Shown here piece by piece: positions 49,671-63,719 of a stretch of 64,000 nt of DNA; position 1 is the stretch's first letter, and every line of letters begins with the position of its first letter. Origin of the DNA: Psammoneis japonica (Eukaryota). The position numbers and the translations under genes were made by a program. The notes beneath the pieces are model-generated. The model was given only the letters and a program-made list of their open reading frames with translations, ran no database searches and was not told where the DNA came from. The stretch lies in NCBI GenBank assembly GCA_008632985.1, contig QPGO01000036.1, positions 186,001 to 250,000 of the forward strand, in the 5' to 3' direction.

Positions 49671-51522
49671 ATGCGTTTACAACTTACCGATGAAGTCTGG
49701 AAAAAGCTTGAATGCATGGGCATTGTTTGGGGCGAGACGGTGGATCAGAAGCTGCGAGCCGACCTGGACCGCGCCGTGGCGAACTTTACGCCTAATAATT
49801 ATTACTATTTTCCTCCTGATGAGCTCTACGATGCTTTGATGGACCGCCTTTCGCATCCGAATCCACCAACTTCAGCCAGAGAAAGGAATGTCTACTTGCT
49901 TGAAGGTTTCCATCCTCAGGACAACGATGATTTTTACGATGGGCACCTCAACACTACCAACGCACAGGATCGCAAGACGTGGTACAAACATTTTGTCAAA
50001 CGTGTTCTTCCACACCTCAGTGTTCACACAGACACTGAGGGCAAGTATAGATTGCTGTACAGGAATCCGCAAGACCATCGTATCTTGGCGTACAGACACG
50101 AAGCTTACAACGCAACATATGTTCTCGGTCGCGCATCCTGCTTGGTGGAACTCTACCTTTTCTGTGTTGGACACTCCGCAACACACATCTTGGCTGAAAA
50201 CAGCCAATTGAGGACCACCCACGCATGCGGCAAAGAGTTCCTTAAGATTTTGATGAATAAGGTCATGATGAGCTCGGGAGGAGCGGTCGGGGAACTTGGA
50301 CTTGGCATCTTCGTGCCGTCTAAGTCTTTCTTTGTTTCCAAGTTTCACAAGTCAGCTTTCGAGCCGAGTGGGCCGCCGAGTGTGCAGCGGAGCGTGCAGC
50401 CAAACGTGACGCCTGCACGTCAGCATCAAGGCCCCAATGACGAGGTTTTCAGGGGGGCGATGGGCCTTTTACATCAGATGAGCATTGAAAGACAAAAAGA
50501 CGCTGATGCCGACAAGGAATCCGCTCTGGCCTTAAAGGTCAACGCTCAGGCCTCAAGGGAACGGGGGGCACAGAGAAGAGAGGTGACCGAGATCCTCAAA
50601 AATTTACTGTAAGTCTTTGTGCTTGTTGTTGCATCATTCAGAGTGCTGCTCACTCACGCTTTTTGTCCCCAATGCGACACCCCAGCACCCCGCAGAGCAG
50701 ATTTGGCACTCCTCCCGGTCAAGATGTCGAGGATGAAGACGATGATCAAGGCCACAATGAAACCAATGAAAGCTTGCGATCATCGTTTTTGGTAATGCAG
50801 GATTCCATGCAAGCTGCGGATGATGATGACGCTTCGGCAGCTGGCCTCAATGCCACCGGTGATGCAATCATGCTTGGTGCCGATTGGTCAACGAGCCGCC
50901 GGCTGCCGACAGCTCTTTGTTGTTGAACAACAGCTCTTCGTTGAACATTTCTTTTTCTTCTGATGGAGTGCTTCCTGTGGCCCAAGGGCATCGTGCGGCT
51001 CAAAGGACGGATCCCAACAACTCCTTTTTGAACACTTCGCAGGATTCTAGTTTTACTTGTGGAGCGCGTCCAGCAGCTCAAGTGCATCCTACGGCTCAAG
51101 GGCCTCCTGGTACCTCCGTGTTGAACAATTCACAGGGTTCTCTTTTTTCATCTGGAGCACGTCCTGCAGCTCAAGCTCCGGATCCCAACAGCTCCTTGAA
51201 CACTTCGCAGTTTTCTGCATCTTCTTTTGGAGCGCCTGCTGCAGCTCAAGGGCCTCCTGTGGCTCAAGGGCCTCCTCCTGCTGCTCAAATGCGTTCAACT
51301 GCAACTGTGGCTCCTGCGGTTCATGTGCCGCCTGTGGCTCAAGGGCCTCGTGAGGCTCGACTGACGATCAAGGAAGTGCAGAAACGTATTCGTGCTGCTC
51401 CCTTAGCGGATGGAGAAAAGCAAGAACTTCTGTTTAAAGCCCAATTGAACCCTCGAAATGCGTTGAAGGCTCTTCAAGCAGCCATCGCGTCCAAAGAGTT
51501 GAACGCGGATGGTAACCCCTAA
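49671..51522 (+). CDS. Hypothetical protein with AQGP/LNxSQ repeats; intron from 50609, apparent 1-nt deletion at ~50884
   Basis: The 313-aa ORF ends at donor GTAAGT and continues …TPQSRFGTPP…GAD[L]VNEPP… to a stop at 51522. No recognisable domain. Confidence 0.55.
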
Positions 51523-52319
51523 GTGATGGTGGGACAGACCATGCAAGAGTATGACAACCTCGAAGGCATGGTGGGACGGGCCATGCAGCTGTTTGTAGTT
51601 TGGGCCTTTGCATGCCGGTACATGGGGATTCGTTCGGTTGCTAAGGCTTGATTGTTTGCCATTTGACGTTTCGTATTTGTTGTGTACTGTCGAAGTAGTA
51701 CAGTACAACTAGAGAGAAATACTATAGTACGTGTTGTTTTCTGTTCTACGACTACACTGGTTTCCTTTGAAATTTTGGACTCATTGTGTATTACATATAT
51801 TGTAGAGTGGGAAGCGGTACGGTAGCGGTATGAAGCACATCCAGTACGACTAGAGACAAATGACAAAGTACTTGTTTTCAGTTCTTGGACTCTTCGTAGA
51901 GAGTGGGAAGCGGTCTGGGGTGCGGGAGCGGTAGCACTGAGCACATACAGGTTATACTTACCCATGGTCGTCAGTAAGTTGGCAGGGCAGACGCGTGACC
52001 ATTGGCGCTAAGTATGTAGGGCCCCAGTTTGGACGATTGTACTTCTGTATCATGTTGAACGCCGAACGACTCATCGGCTTTGAAACTTGAGATGCTAGTG
52101 TCTTTTGTTCTCAAAACTAGTGGTGCGAGTAGTTATACTTGAAGCGATTGTTAAATGCGCTCGCGGTAGTGTACATAAGCCATGGAAGACTCTAATACAA
52201 CTACAGTAGCAGCACACAGTCAACCATGGAAGATATTTGTAGCATCCTTGCGATCCTTGCGACCCTTGCTGATAGGTTGATTGTTTACGCCGTCTAAATG
52301 AAGTGGAAATACAATAATT

Positions 52320-53050
52320 GTAAGAGATGTCAACAAATGAACCACACTTATACATGTAAAACATTCGTATTACCTAATGTCAGAACTCTTGCACCGGTTG
52401 TATCAAGCTATGGTTGACTAGTAACATCAATCTTGTCGGCGTCGGAGAACGAAACGACGGCACAGTCCATCTAAATAACGGAATACAAATACATTAATTT
52501 TAAGACACATCAACAAAGCAACAACATTATCATACTCAACACGTTCGCATTACCTTATATCATAACTCTTGGACCAATCGCATCATGTTACGGTCGACTA
52601 GCGACTACTCCTACAGTAGTACAGTAGCATCAATTCATCGTAGTAAATCGCGTGAGATAGTGCTATCGTAGTTTTGATTTTTGGAACACGATAGCCATGT
52701 GAACGTAACACGATAGCCACACAAACATTATTACCTGTTGCAACACGTACAGTGGGAACCGTGTGGGGTGTTCTAGTTGCCTGAATGGTGCTGAGTGCTT
52801 TGACATTCGTTATGGTACCTGTGGGAGGCGCTGTAGCGTGCCGAAAAATAGCGTGAGATGGTGCGATCCTAGTTTTAATATTTTGGGAACACGAGAGCCA
52901 TAGAAAAATTATTACCTGATGCAACACGTACAGCAGGGACCGTGTACGTAGGCTGTGGTAGTTGCCTGAATGGTGAAGACTGCATTGCATTCACTATGGT
53001 GCCTATCGGTGGCGCTGGAGCGTGCCGAATAATAGCGTGAGTTTGTAGCA
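52320..53050. repeat. Two pairs of diverged ~180-190-bp tandem duplications, TpA retained
   Basis: cattcgtattacc…aactctt…gactag at ~52362 and ~52541. attacctg.tgcaacacgtacag..gg.accgtgt…tagttgcctgaatggtg at ~52730 and ~52911. Confidence 0.75.
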
Positions 53051-53639
53051 AATAATTTTGTCGGTACTGTAGCTGGACAAGGAGAGGCAAAGCACCATGG
53101 TCACCTCTTGAATCAGGCGCATCAGGAATAGCATGGGGCATGGTAGTCACGGGAAGGGCAGCCACGGTGTTTTCATTCATAACAGAAGCTACTGCAGGCA
53201 ACGGAGCGTGAGAAACAGAATGTCAGTAAACATGCTCTAATTTTGGCAGCAATGGGCGTGCGACGGCCATAGAAACGACATTACCTGTTGTGCTAGAGGA
53301 ATTGGTAAATGAATAAAGTGGTGACGCATCAGGGGAAGGTGATGGAGACGAACATTTTGAAACCATCATGGTCGACTTATGTTGTGTTGACAACGACTTC
53401 GTCTTGACGCGTGCTTTTTTGTTGGTTTCGCGGTGCTCGCGAACACTGATACATTCAAGCAAAGATAAGTCTTGTATGTGTGATGCACTTTATATTTTTA
53501 TTCAAATCTGAAAAGGTTGGGTAATGATAATGTCGTTTGCAATCTTCAGGACTTAATAAATCTGAATACATAATGCACTCGAGACTGCGTCTGGCCGTGG
53601 GGAGTGGGGGAACCTGATGGCCGACAGACGTGGTTAGCA

Positions 53640-56620
53640 TTATTTTTTGGTGCACACAATGTCCCCACTTGTGCACAGATGGTCGCTGCATTAAACTCCA
53701 CATGTTTGCACCAGGAAAATGCACCTCCAACCTGTCCAGCAGGTGTGAGAAACATTTCATGCACGAGAAAGAGTTTCGCAAAGACAAGCAGTGTGGCACT
53801 CATCGATTGACGTCACGTGCACAGCTGGCAGAATCAGCACAAAGTTTTGCACCAGCATTTGACAAAGCACCAAAACAAGCAGCGCACCACTTGTGAAACA
53901 AGATGGCTTTTCTGACTGCTGCAATCTCACACCGGTGGTCAAAAAGATGATGTTCTTCACCGCTGCAATCATATGTGGCTGTCCCTGGTTCATGATGGAT
54001 GGGTGACAGTGCACAAAGCATGTGCACCACACACCAGCAATTGGTCGCTCCCTGTTTTTCCTGTTGTTACGGCACATTGGCGAATCTTGAAAGCATGGGA
54101 AAAACAAGTTGTGACATGCACAGCAGTTCTCACCACAAGTGATGATGAGTCATTGTGGCATGAGTCCCTTCATGGGCATGCTCTTGTGGCTTGAAAGCCA
54201 AATGTTCAAAGCACTTGACAGCATGGTGGTGGCGGAGAGTGGATTGAGCAAAACAGAGAGAACACCAACTGTTGCACAGTGCAGTCTGTGAAGCATGGCT
54301 GCAGAACATCTGTCATGTGTGACACTCTTGCAGTTTGCGTGCTCTCCTTGTCTTTTTCCTTGAATGTGGTCTTCTTGCACAAACTGAAGCAACTCTGGTT
54401 GGCTGTTCTGCCGGAAATGTCTCTGTTGCACAATTGCATGGATGGTTGCAAACATTCCTGACACAGAAACAATGGCGCCACTTGTCCCTCAATGATGATG
54501 CTGGTGCATCAAACAACACATGAAATTGCTGCACCCATGCTGTTGCACTCACTCAGCCAGACAACCACACCATGCCCAAACATCATCATTGCAGACAAGG
54601 TCCAAACACAAGTGCAGCCAAAGCACCTCACTTGACTCCCACAGTGCTGGCAATGGTGGGCCAATCTCAAACAAGCTGCATGTCCAAAATCAGCAAAAGC
54701 ACATTGCACGAACATTAAATTGATGCCAACACACACAACGCAAAGTCTTGTTTTGACAGGGTGGCTCACCCAATGGAGGGGATCAGCCTCAGGAGGGCAT
54801 GCACATCTGGGGAGCCCATTGACATGATGTTTTTTTGACTCTGGAATGCTTGACACTACACTGCGCATGCACCCACTGCAAGGTGTTGAAGATTTGCTTT
54901 GGCGGGCCATGAATGCCAAAAATTCCCAGGGTTGGCCAAGGGAGCATCTGGGCAGCTGTCAGAACACTGGCACCAAAGATGCTCCAATCATGGAGGAAAT
55001 GAGCACAATTTTTTGTTTCTTGGATGACTTTGATGGCCTCCAGTGCAGTGGAGAATGAAAAAGGGGGAGGCGGCATGGTGAAAACAATTGATCACAAAAT
55101 GCAGGAGACCAGCAACTTGTGGGAAGTGGGGATCCAAGCATCCGGTGGTGGCACAGCCCCAGAGAAGAACCTGTGTTGTCCAGCGGGAATCAAGTGGAAA
55201 CAAGGAAAGTGGAGTTGCATGAAGATGGATGAATTGAGTTGCAACTTTGGCACAAAGGGCCCAAACAGAGAACAGCAGCTGACCCAACAAATGGGTGTTG
55301 ATGAAACAGAGAGAGAGTGCTGGGTGTTCAACTGGTGGCCAGTGGGAATGACTGGACAGAGGTCAAATGCTTGGGCTTGGTGACTGAAGCATGGGTGGAG
55401 AAAGCAAGGGCTGGCCACCAGTTGTCTCAATGCTGTCAATGGCCCCTGTCCTGTGACTCACATGTGTGACTTGTGGCACTGCAGTGAAAAAATTGTGCGT
55501 GTTGAGTTGCAGTTGTGTGCATCTCACGGCACAGTGTCATGTTTTGATGTTTTTGGGGGTGTTGTTGTTGCTTGCCCTTGTCTTGCTCACAGTCATTCAT
55601 TTCATCTCGTGTTCTGGAGCAAGGCATTGGTGCCCCCATGTTTGCATTGTTGATGCCTTGTGAGCAACATGGGCTGAGCTGTGGATTGTGGGATTGACCT
55701 TGGCAACCAGCGCTGCTGATCAATCTGGAGTGTGTGGGGAGCTGCTTTTTGTTGTCAATGAAATTGTTGGTTGTGCGCAACAGCTGGACTTTTCAAAACA
55801 CCTGGGTTGGCTTGCATGCAACAATTTGGGCTGATGTCAGGTGTGTGATTTGTTTGATCATGATGTGTCTTTGCAGTTGAGCATGACCAGCCTTGCACTC
55901 ATCCTCATTGTTGGGTGTGCTGGGAACTGCTTTTGTGTCATTGATGTGCCGGTGCAATGGCTGGCCTTGGAAATTGACAAAGATGCCTGGACTGGCTTCT
56001 CTTGTGTGCAACAGCATTGGACCACCATGATTGTGTGCTTGAGTTGAGCATGATCAATCTTGCACTCGCCCTCATTGTTGGGTGGATTGGAGCCACTTTT
56101 CTTGCGTCATTGCTGTGCAATGGCTGACCTTGGAAATTGACAAAAATGCCTGGAATGGCTTTTGCGCAACAATTTTGGACCATTGATTTGTGTTTGATTT
56201 GTTTGGTCTTGCATCCTTGTGGTTGAGCATGATCAATCTCATGCTCATCCTTCTTGTTGGGTGCATTCAAGCTGCTTTTGCATCATTTGTGTGCAATGGC
56301 TGGCCTTGGAAATCAACAAAAATGCCTGGAATGGCCTTCACATGACACTTTTTGACCATCATTTTGTGTTTGATTGGTTTGGTCTTGCACTCCTCTTGGA
56401 GCTGAGCATGATCAATTTTGTGCTCATCCTTGTTGTTGGGCATGCTGGATGCACCCCCTTGTTGTTTGCACACAGCGGCTCTGCTTGGAACTCAACAAAA
56501 CACCTGGTTGGGCTTTTGTGCAACACTTTTGGTTTGTTGTTGTGTGTTTGATCCATTTGGTCATGCACCCTTGTGTGTGCGCTGGTCGAGAGGAGAAGTT
56601 ATGTCAAAACGAATGACACT
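53640..56620. mobile_element. Degenerate TpA-depleted domain D
   Basis: Very few TA between ~53700 and ~56600, with TG/CA excess. Flanked by TA-normal DNA. Confidence 0.65.
55780..56530 (+). repeat. Tandem array of ~165-180-bp units (~4 copies)
   Basis: tgagcatga.ca…ctcatcc…tgttggg…gtgcaatggctg.ccttggaaat..acaaa.atgcctgga recurs at about 55878, 56045, 56224 and 56403. Confidence 0.85.
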
Positions 56621-57349
56621 GCACTGTATCGCGTGCATCTGACCTGCTTTAACAACTTGAACATGGTGAGCAGGCGACCGAGCGAACTAAGCAAAACGCA
56701 TTTCTATCATCCCGACCCACAAGAACTCTACTACACAACGAGATGAAACGGCAAAGAAGTGTGTCAGCGAAGTAAATAAAGACATGGCGACTAGACGGGG
56801 CAAAAATTAAGACCCACCTATTCACTGCGTGGTGCACTGCACCGGGTGCTCTTCTTGCTGCACGAAGAGACCCAGCGCTGAACGAAGTGTCCGAATGAGA
56901 AGCCGGCTTTACATTATCTAACTTCATCAATGATTTTTATATCTGATAGGAAAGTTTGGGTATTAGCAAGTATTGAAAATGGAACCCGCACAGTCCAAAA
57001 GCTAGGGCCCTAGGGTGAGCTCGCCATTGGCGTGAACGGAACCCCAGCCGAATGTGACGACTTGTTGTCACTGGCTTCGTCCGAATCTCCGTTCTCTTCA
57101 GATAACACCTCTGTTCCTTGCACTCAAGATCCTTGCTCAGAGAGTCAACAAACGCAAAGTACTCGGTGCTGTGTACACGGCTCAGAAGCGCAAAATCTGC
57201 CTTAGAGAGATACCGTACTTGGAGGAACGAGAGGAAAACCCTTGTCGATCCGACCAAACGACTTGTATTCTTGCAAACGACATTTGATATTAATGAGAGC
57301 CATTATAGATCTAATTCGCAACGAGAACGAGACGATCGATTCACCTTTT

Positions 57350-57900
57350 GCAGAGTTATGATGCAACCATCGCGAATAAAGACGACGATGTGACTTCCCT
57401 CAAATTATGGGGCGAGTCAAGCCGTCGACAGTGATGATGGATCGAGCTGGTTTTACATTCATGACAACCTGTTTCATGATGTAGATGGTCTCAAAATGGA
57501 TCATGGTGGCCACGGCAGTGCCTTTGAAGACAATCTTGTGATTTGAAAATCAATGCGTCGGAGTTGGACGTTTCAAGCCTGGCCACAGGCATGGGTCTGT
57601 CGACGGAACAAGTGTATTGTTGGACTTACGGGTAGTGAAACAGCAGAGGTCGCTTTCATCGAGCATTGTGGAGACGGGAACATGGGGATGTTTCGGAACA
57701 ACTATTTCACAGTCAACGGGACTGCGCTCTTCAGATGTGGGGAGGACACTGCCGAGAATTCGCTCCACGATGTGCAATCGAATTATGGTCTCGAAGCACA
57801 CTCTACGAGTAAGACCATTCCGGCAGACGACGTCATTCTTAAGTGGACAAAGGATAAAATACTTTAAACGATGAACGATATTGACACGCCATACAAGACC
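57350..57900 (+). pseudogene. Disrupted fragment of a right-handed parallel beta-helix (pectin lyase-like) protein
   Basis: NYGASQAVDSDDGSSWFYIHDNLFHDVDGLKMDHGGHGSAFEDNLV* resembles the DNDDGSS..HDN…K.D.GGH motif. Stops and frameshifts lie on both sides. Confidence 0.45.
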
Positions 57901-58057
57901 GAAAACACCACCATGACGGTTTTTCCGACCGAAGATTGAAGCGACTCGAGCGCACTGTTGGTTTCGAACGGATGAGCATACAGTCCTTTCTTGGTTTGTG
58001 CCACTAAGCCCCTTATTACCAATGACAAGCCCACTCAGTTTCGTGCCTCTGCTCAGA

Positions 58058-58411
58058 TCAATTGTTGATGGACCATGTATGTTTACATTTCGGACATTCC
58101 AGAAATACAGTTTGTCCCTCATCGACGGATCGCAATTGCACCGTGTAAAAACCCACTTCTAGAGCACCACACTTCACGCAAGGCTCCTCTACAGTTGCAC
58201 GGGTAGGTTCTTGATTAGCACGTAGCACTGCCTGTTCCGCGTCACTCTTGGCCCACAGAGGTACCGGTCGATTCGACGAAATGGTTGTTGAGGTGGGCAA
58301 CGACGAGAGATTGGCCAGATTTGATCGGTATGGACAAACAACGCATTCTATGGAACCAGAACTGTCTACCTTTAACGTCGCACGACAACCGGGACAAAAT
58401 GGCCAAGGCAT
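58058..58411 (-). CDS. RPA12: RNA polymerase I subunit A12
   Basis: Two Zn ribbons: FCPGC…CVVC, and EEPCVKCG…QLRSVDEGQTVFLECPKC…NN. Confidence 0.92.
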   Translation of the reverse strand: MPWPFCPGCRATLKVDSSGSIECVVCPYRSNLANLSSLPTSTTISSNRPVPLWAKSDAEQAVLRANQEPTRATVEEPCVKCGALEVGFYTVQLRSVDEGQTVFLECPKCKHTWSINN

Positions 58412-58729
58412 CTTTGACTCGGATACGGCATAATTTGTAGCTAGTAGAGCAGAAGACGAGCAAGGTGCGATACCATGATTGTGGGGTCTTCTTGTGGTCC
58501 AGGTTCAAGGTCGTGGCGTCGTGATCGTAGCGGCGCGTGGCGGGCATGCATGGGCGGGATGCGATGGATGGAAACCGAGCGACCGCGACCATGCATCATA
58601 CTGTACCGTCCGTCGGTCCTTCTCCTGTGTCATGACGTCATTGTAAAAGGAAGAGGAACCCGGATCCGTCGTTTTTTTCAAAAAAACGACGGAGATTCGC
58701 AAGCGTTGATGAAACTGTGCCAGTGCCGG

Positions 58730-58872
58730 TATTCCTAGATCGATAGAGCACCCGGTGCCGGTAGGGCCTCTCTAACTAAAGAGAGTATGTAGAGAGTAGA
58801 GAGCGTTGCTAGCAGAGTAGCCACCATGCATAATGTAGGTCATCTCTCTCTAGAGAGTACAAAGTAGCTAAC
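58730..58872. repeat. TAG/CTA-rich low-complexity island
   Basis: ctagatcgatagag…tagagagtagagagcgttgctagcagagtagc…ctctagagagtacaaagtagcta. Confidence 0.7.
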
Positions 58873-59318
58873 TGATGTTAAGCCACGGGTAGAGTGTGGA
58901 GCATAGAAGAGGAAGAGTGGATCCGCCATCTAAAACCTTCCCAAGGATCTGATTTGTTGCTACCAACCCCCATAGTTTCCCCAGTGAAACGTTTTGTTCA
59001 TAACAGTGATCTTGTGGTCATGGCCCGCCATTCCTTCTTCATCAGTCAGCACTATGGGTGATGCCAGTGACTTGATGATTTCACTGCCGTGGATAAGCCC
59101 ACTTCATAATGAAAAACCAAATACTAGATAGTAAACGAAAAAGATTATCTCTAGCTAGACTGCCGCCGTCTTCCGCGCTGACGCAGACCGAAGACAACCA
59201 TGCCAGACAATCAAAATGCAAAAATATAAAATTTGAAATGCACAGATCAAACCAATGATTCGGGAAGTTCAACGTGACCTGAACCACAACAAATAAATAT
59301 GGGAGGGAATTGAGGAAA

Positions 59319-61786
59319 CTAGGGTTCGTACTCCTCGTTAGCTTCCACACCAGACTCCTCCACAGCTGACTCCATATAAACTTCCTCTTCAGATGGTTCG
59401 GCGGGATCGACACCTTCCATGTCTTTGACAGCTTCACTTTCACCTTCGGCATCTTCATCCGTTTCTTCTGAAGTATCCTTGTAAGCATCCTTGAACCAGT
59501 CATCAAATGCATGCGCCGTTTCATCATCAATGGGTTCCTTGAGGCTGGAGTCAAACCTCTTCGCAACCTGCACGCAGAGGAAGAACCCACCAAGCATACA
59601 ATAAGCCACGAAATACATCCATTGGTATCCAAACTCCCAGCAGTTATCCGCAGACCTGCATTGCTCCCAAAGAGGAGAGTTAAAATTGTCAAAACCTGCT
59701 CGGCATCACGGCGAAAATGTATGAGCAGGTGATAACATACAAACGAATGATTTGTTGAGATCTCGAGGGTTCCCGAGCAAATGAACTCACCTGCTTCTGG
59801 CATATGGATGATTCCGAAAACGGCAAATGTAGCACCGATGCCTGCCCAGAGTGTTGCTGAATACCACTTGCGGTCAATAATCATGACAATCATTGCCACC
59901 CAAATCATAGACACGAGAATCGCTCCTCGTTTCCATGCAAGAACACCGTACCAATTGCTCAGCGTGCCTTCGAGGTTAGAATTGCCACCAGTCTCAAAGT
60001 CGAGAAGAGGAGAACGACCGGAGACATTGACAACCCAATCATAGAGGGAAGGGAACAAACCCACCACGTAGGCAGGGTAATGGCGAGACGGGATGAAGTT
60101 GAGAGTTTCCTCGTTGATCTGAAGACCTACGAACAAAACAATGGGGCCGATCGTAGCTTGATTTACAATGGATTGCATCAGAGCAAGGATACCGAACCAA
60201 GAGAGAATCAGGTAGATCCATCCGTTGAAGAGAGAGTATCCAACAAGCGCTCCAGATCTCTTGTAGGCAGGGTGTCCGATGTACTTAAGAAGAAAATGAG
60301 TTTTCACGGGGTGAGAGTCGACACAAGAATAGCGAAAAAATCACAAAACGCAGGACAAACATACCACTACAGTACCAAAAGGCGACCCGAAGAAGGAAGC
60401 AAGCATCGTACCAATGCCATCAAAGATCATGGTCTCTCGAACTGGGTACGGGTCGCCGGCCTGCTGCGCGCTCACAAGGCACATGAGAGTCGTCGCGGTG
60501 GCAGAAATACCAATAGGAATGATGATTCCCAGGTAATCTTTGACAAGGCTGAAGTTCCTGAACATCTCATCTGCGGACCAAGCGGGGCCAACCCATCCGA
60601 CTAACTTTGCAGCTTCGCTGACCCTGTCTCCTGTATTTAGTCCTGTTGCCCAACCGAGGGCTACACCGATGAGAATCACTTGGAGAGCTTCGGGACACCT
60701 ATACTTCCCCCAGCCAATTCTGTTTCCAAAAAATGGAAGCGGTTCAAGCAACGAGACAGTTAGAAAATGCATTGCCTGAGTAACACCAATGTGAAGTCAG
60801 TCACAATCTCACCGAACCCCCGAATACCATCCCAAGAACACCCAAACAATCGCAGGATATCCAACAATGGGAGCGGCGATACTGTTCGAGACCTGCTCAA
60901 TACCGAGAAACGCCACACCGATACCGGCAATGGGCACAAGGAGAGCGGCGGGTGGCACAAGCCTGAGAATAAGAGGACCAAAGAAGCCAAGCACAATGCT
61001 GATGATCCCGGTAATGAAGTTTGCACCAAGTGCGACGCCAAATGCCTCTGCGAAGGCAGCGGAGGGGCCTTTGGAGTCCACCAAACTGAAGTAGACGGGG
61101 TCTGAAACGGAATCAAGACAGAAAAAAGTGAGCCTGAATCTCGGAAGCGACGTCGTTACTGTTGAATTATTTCGAACACGAGCCAGCTTCACTTACAGAT
61201 AATGTTGAAAACAAAAGAAAAGGCAGCCGGAGTGTTCAACCCGTACGGCTGCGCAGTGTACGGGCGGCCGCACTTCTTTGCAAGGCGAATTGCCATCCAC
61301 GTGTAATAGGTATTACCAATTACCAAGGTCATCCCCACACCCGGAACAATGTTCTCAAACACCACCTTGTTGATTTCGTCAATGCTGACGCCGAAGTTCT
61401 CCATATCCTGAATGGCAAAAAGAGCTCCTAGCAACGTCGAAAGGTTATCAAAGAACAGCTGCGTAGTGCTTCCCCAGTCGCCAGGTGTCATGCGGTATCC
61501 TTCTTTGAAATCATAGAGTTCCTTCACGAAGATACAGAAAACAAAATAGAGGGGAAACCTGTCAGTGCCGTTGCCTCATTCAGAAAGCGTTCAAAAGTGT
61601 AAACAAACACACAATCGATGTTCTCACCTGAACAACACGGCTTCCCGCCCGGGACCACACTGGCTGGCGGATGCTGTTCTTGGTACTCTCGCCGCTGTAT
61701 CCTCTATCTAGATGAGGAACGGAACCGGTGGGCTCAGGCCGGGAATCGTCAACATCTTGCGCGACCGCTTCTTCAGTCGCCGACAT
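59319..61786 (-). CDS. NCS2/AzgA-like nucleobase (xanthine/uracil-type) permease, ~6 exons
   Basis: PGDWGSTTQLFFDNL, AQPYGLNTP, LLVPIAGIG, SAQQAGDPYPVRETM, GSPFGTVV|YIGHPAYKRSGA. More than 10 TM segments, GT-AG introns and an acidic tail. Confidence 0.85.
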
Positions 61787-62377
61787 GGTGAAGAAAGATC
61801 CCAGTCGTCAGAGAAGAAAATGAATGAGGGTCGGTTCAGGAATAACGGAGACCATTTCCATCGCTCCGCGCGCTTCGTGGGAATTTTTGAAATTTTGAAA
61901 TGTCCAAGCCACGCAGACTTCCGTTGAAGCGGTACATTGTGATGGGAAAATCTTTCTGACGTGACACGAAGTTGAGTTTCTCCGCGTGCGATTGACACAC
62001 AAAAAATCTATTTCTATCGTTTATATATGTTATTAGACACCTCTAATACACAATGAAGTTATTTTTCTGATTTATGATTGGAGCTAAGGAGTAAATGTGC
62101 TGTTGGAACTTCCGTTCGAAACTTCAGAACAAGAATCCTTGACTACGGCTGCGTGTCACAGGATACTTTGAAATCATTTCTGAATATATAAATGCTCAAC
62201 TTATGAAAAAATTAGTTTATTATAATGAATAATAACTTTATTGAACAATAAGATGCTGGATATAAGTATTATTTTCAACGCTCCCTCCGACATTCCGACA
62301 TCGCGCACCTCACAATTTACAATTTGTGGCAGAGCAAGAGCAGGAAGAGTTTTGGCTTCTATCATTGTCGAGAGGAC

Positions 62378-63642
62378 ATGATGTTTTCAAATCGTTATCA
62401 TCAACTCTTTCGAAAACGGAAGATGCATCCTCTTTTAAGTTCAATAGTGCGGATCCTGGTGGTGGTGTACGGGATCCAAGTGTTAGTGTCAAGAGAATAC
62501 ATGGAAGGAATAAAATCGCGAGTGATCCGTGCTTCCGAAAAGCCTCTTTTAGTTCTGTATCCAGGGCCACGATACATGCAAACAGCACATCTCTTAGACA
62601 CTCTATCTTTGTATCGGAAAGAGCTAAAAGAAGATGGATATACATTGGATATCGACAACATGCATCGTCCCTTGCTTGGAACCTATTGTCGCAAGCACGT
62701 TTCATGTTGTGGCGGCTGCGAAATGGACAGCTTCAACATGACGAAATTGAACGAAATAGATTGTATTCAAGATCTCATTAACAAATCCAAGGAAGAGATC
62801 GAGCAGAATCATAATGTCATGATCGTTAGCGATCTGATGGGCGACATCCAAGCGAAATTTCCGGGGAAAGCACGATGCCCAACGCACTGGAAAATATGGG
62901 AGCACGTCTTGAAAGACTGGCGAGTCAAAGTCGTAGTGGGGTATCGGCGGTACTTTGAATGGCTTATCGCGCGAAAGATAGGAGAGGACGTTCCCGCGAG
63001 GTATCGAAATTTCAAAGAGTGGCCTGACCATCGCGGCACAACGATCCTCCCGATTTGGGACCATTTAATGGGTGTGCTTCACGGGAATGCTACCTTTTAC
63101 CCGTTTCCTTTTACTACCGACATTGTGGATGCCTTCCAAAATCATTTTGATGTCAGTGTGTGGAATATGCACGATTCATTCATCTGTAACGAGCTACCAA
63201 GTGCTAACCATGCATGTCAAGCATATTCTTTGAATGGCACCGTAGCTCCATCCACGCTGTTTTCAGAGAAATCTACTCACAAATATTCTACGACTTGATC
63301 GCGGTTGCAGCGCATGATGGAGGTATTGTTAATAGCTCGCTTTCAAGACCATTCGTAGTCAGCGAAGTAAAGCGTCGACAGGAAATCGATTTGGGGTTGC
63401 GGCCGAAGGACTTTCCTCTGAGTTGTCCGTCAGGAGATGAGCTTGAACAGAACCTCCTCTCTGTGTCCCTTGAGTACGAAAAGCAACTACTACCAGATTT
63501 TTTTGCGTCTTCTTTAGGGGAGGCAGCGCATCGTAAAGCCTTTTCGGATGCAGTGGATCGACAAGTGTTTTGCACAGTTGATCTAGACGCCGTGTTACAA
63601 GATCCAGAATGGCAAGAGTTTCTGCATTCCCTTGTTGCTTAA
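62378..63642 (+). CDS. Diatom-type hypothetical protein (degenerate P-loop/sulfotransferase-like), signal anchor, apparent frameshift at ~63260
   Basis: LVLYPGPRYMQTAHL, VVVGYRRYFEWL, FICNELPSANHAC, then FYDLIAVAA…FCTVDLDAVL in the next frame. Start codon uncertain. Confidence 0.6.
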
Positions 63643-63719
63643 TGGGAAACATGGAACTAAAGTGCTATGCTGTTCTACCATAGGTTTGGCTATTGTTTTG
63701 GCCTATGGATGCCTAAGTA

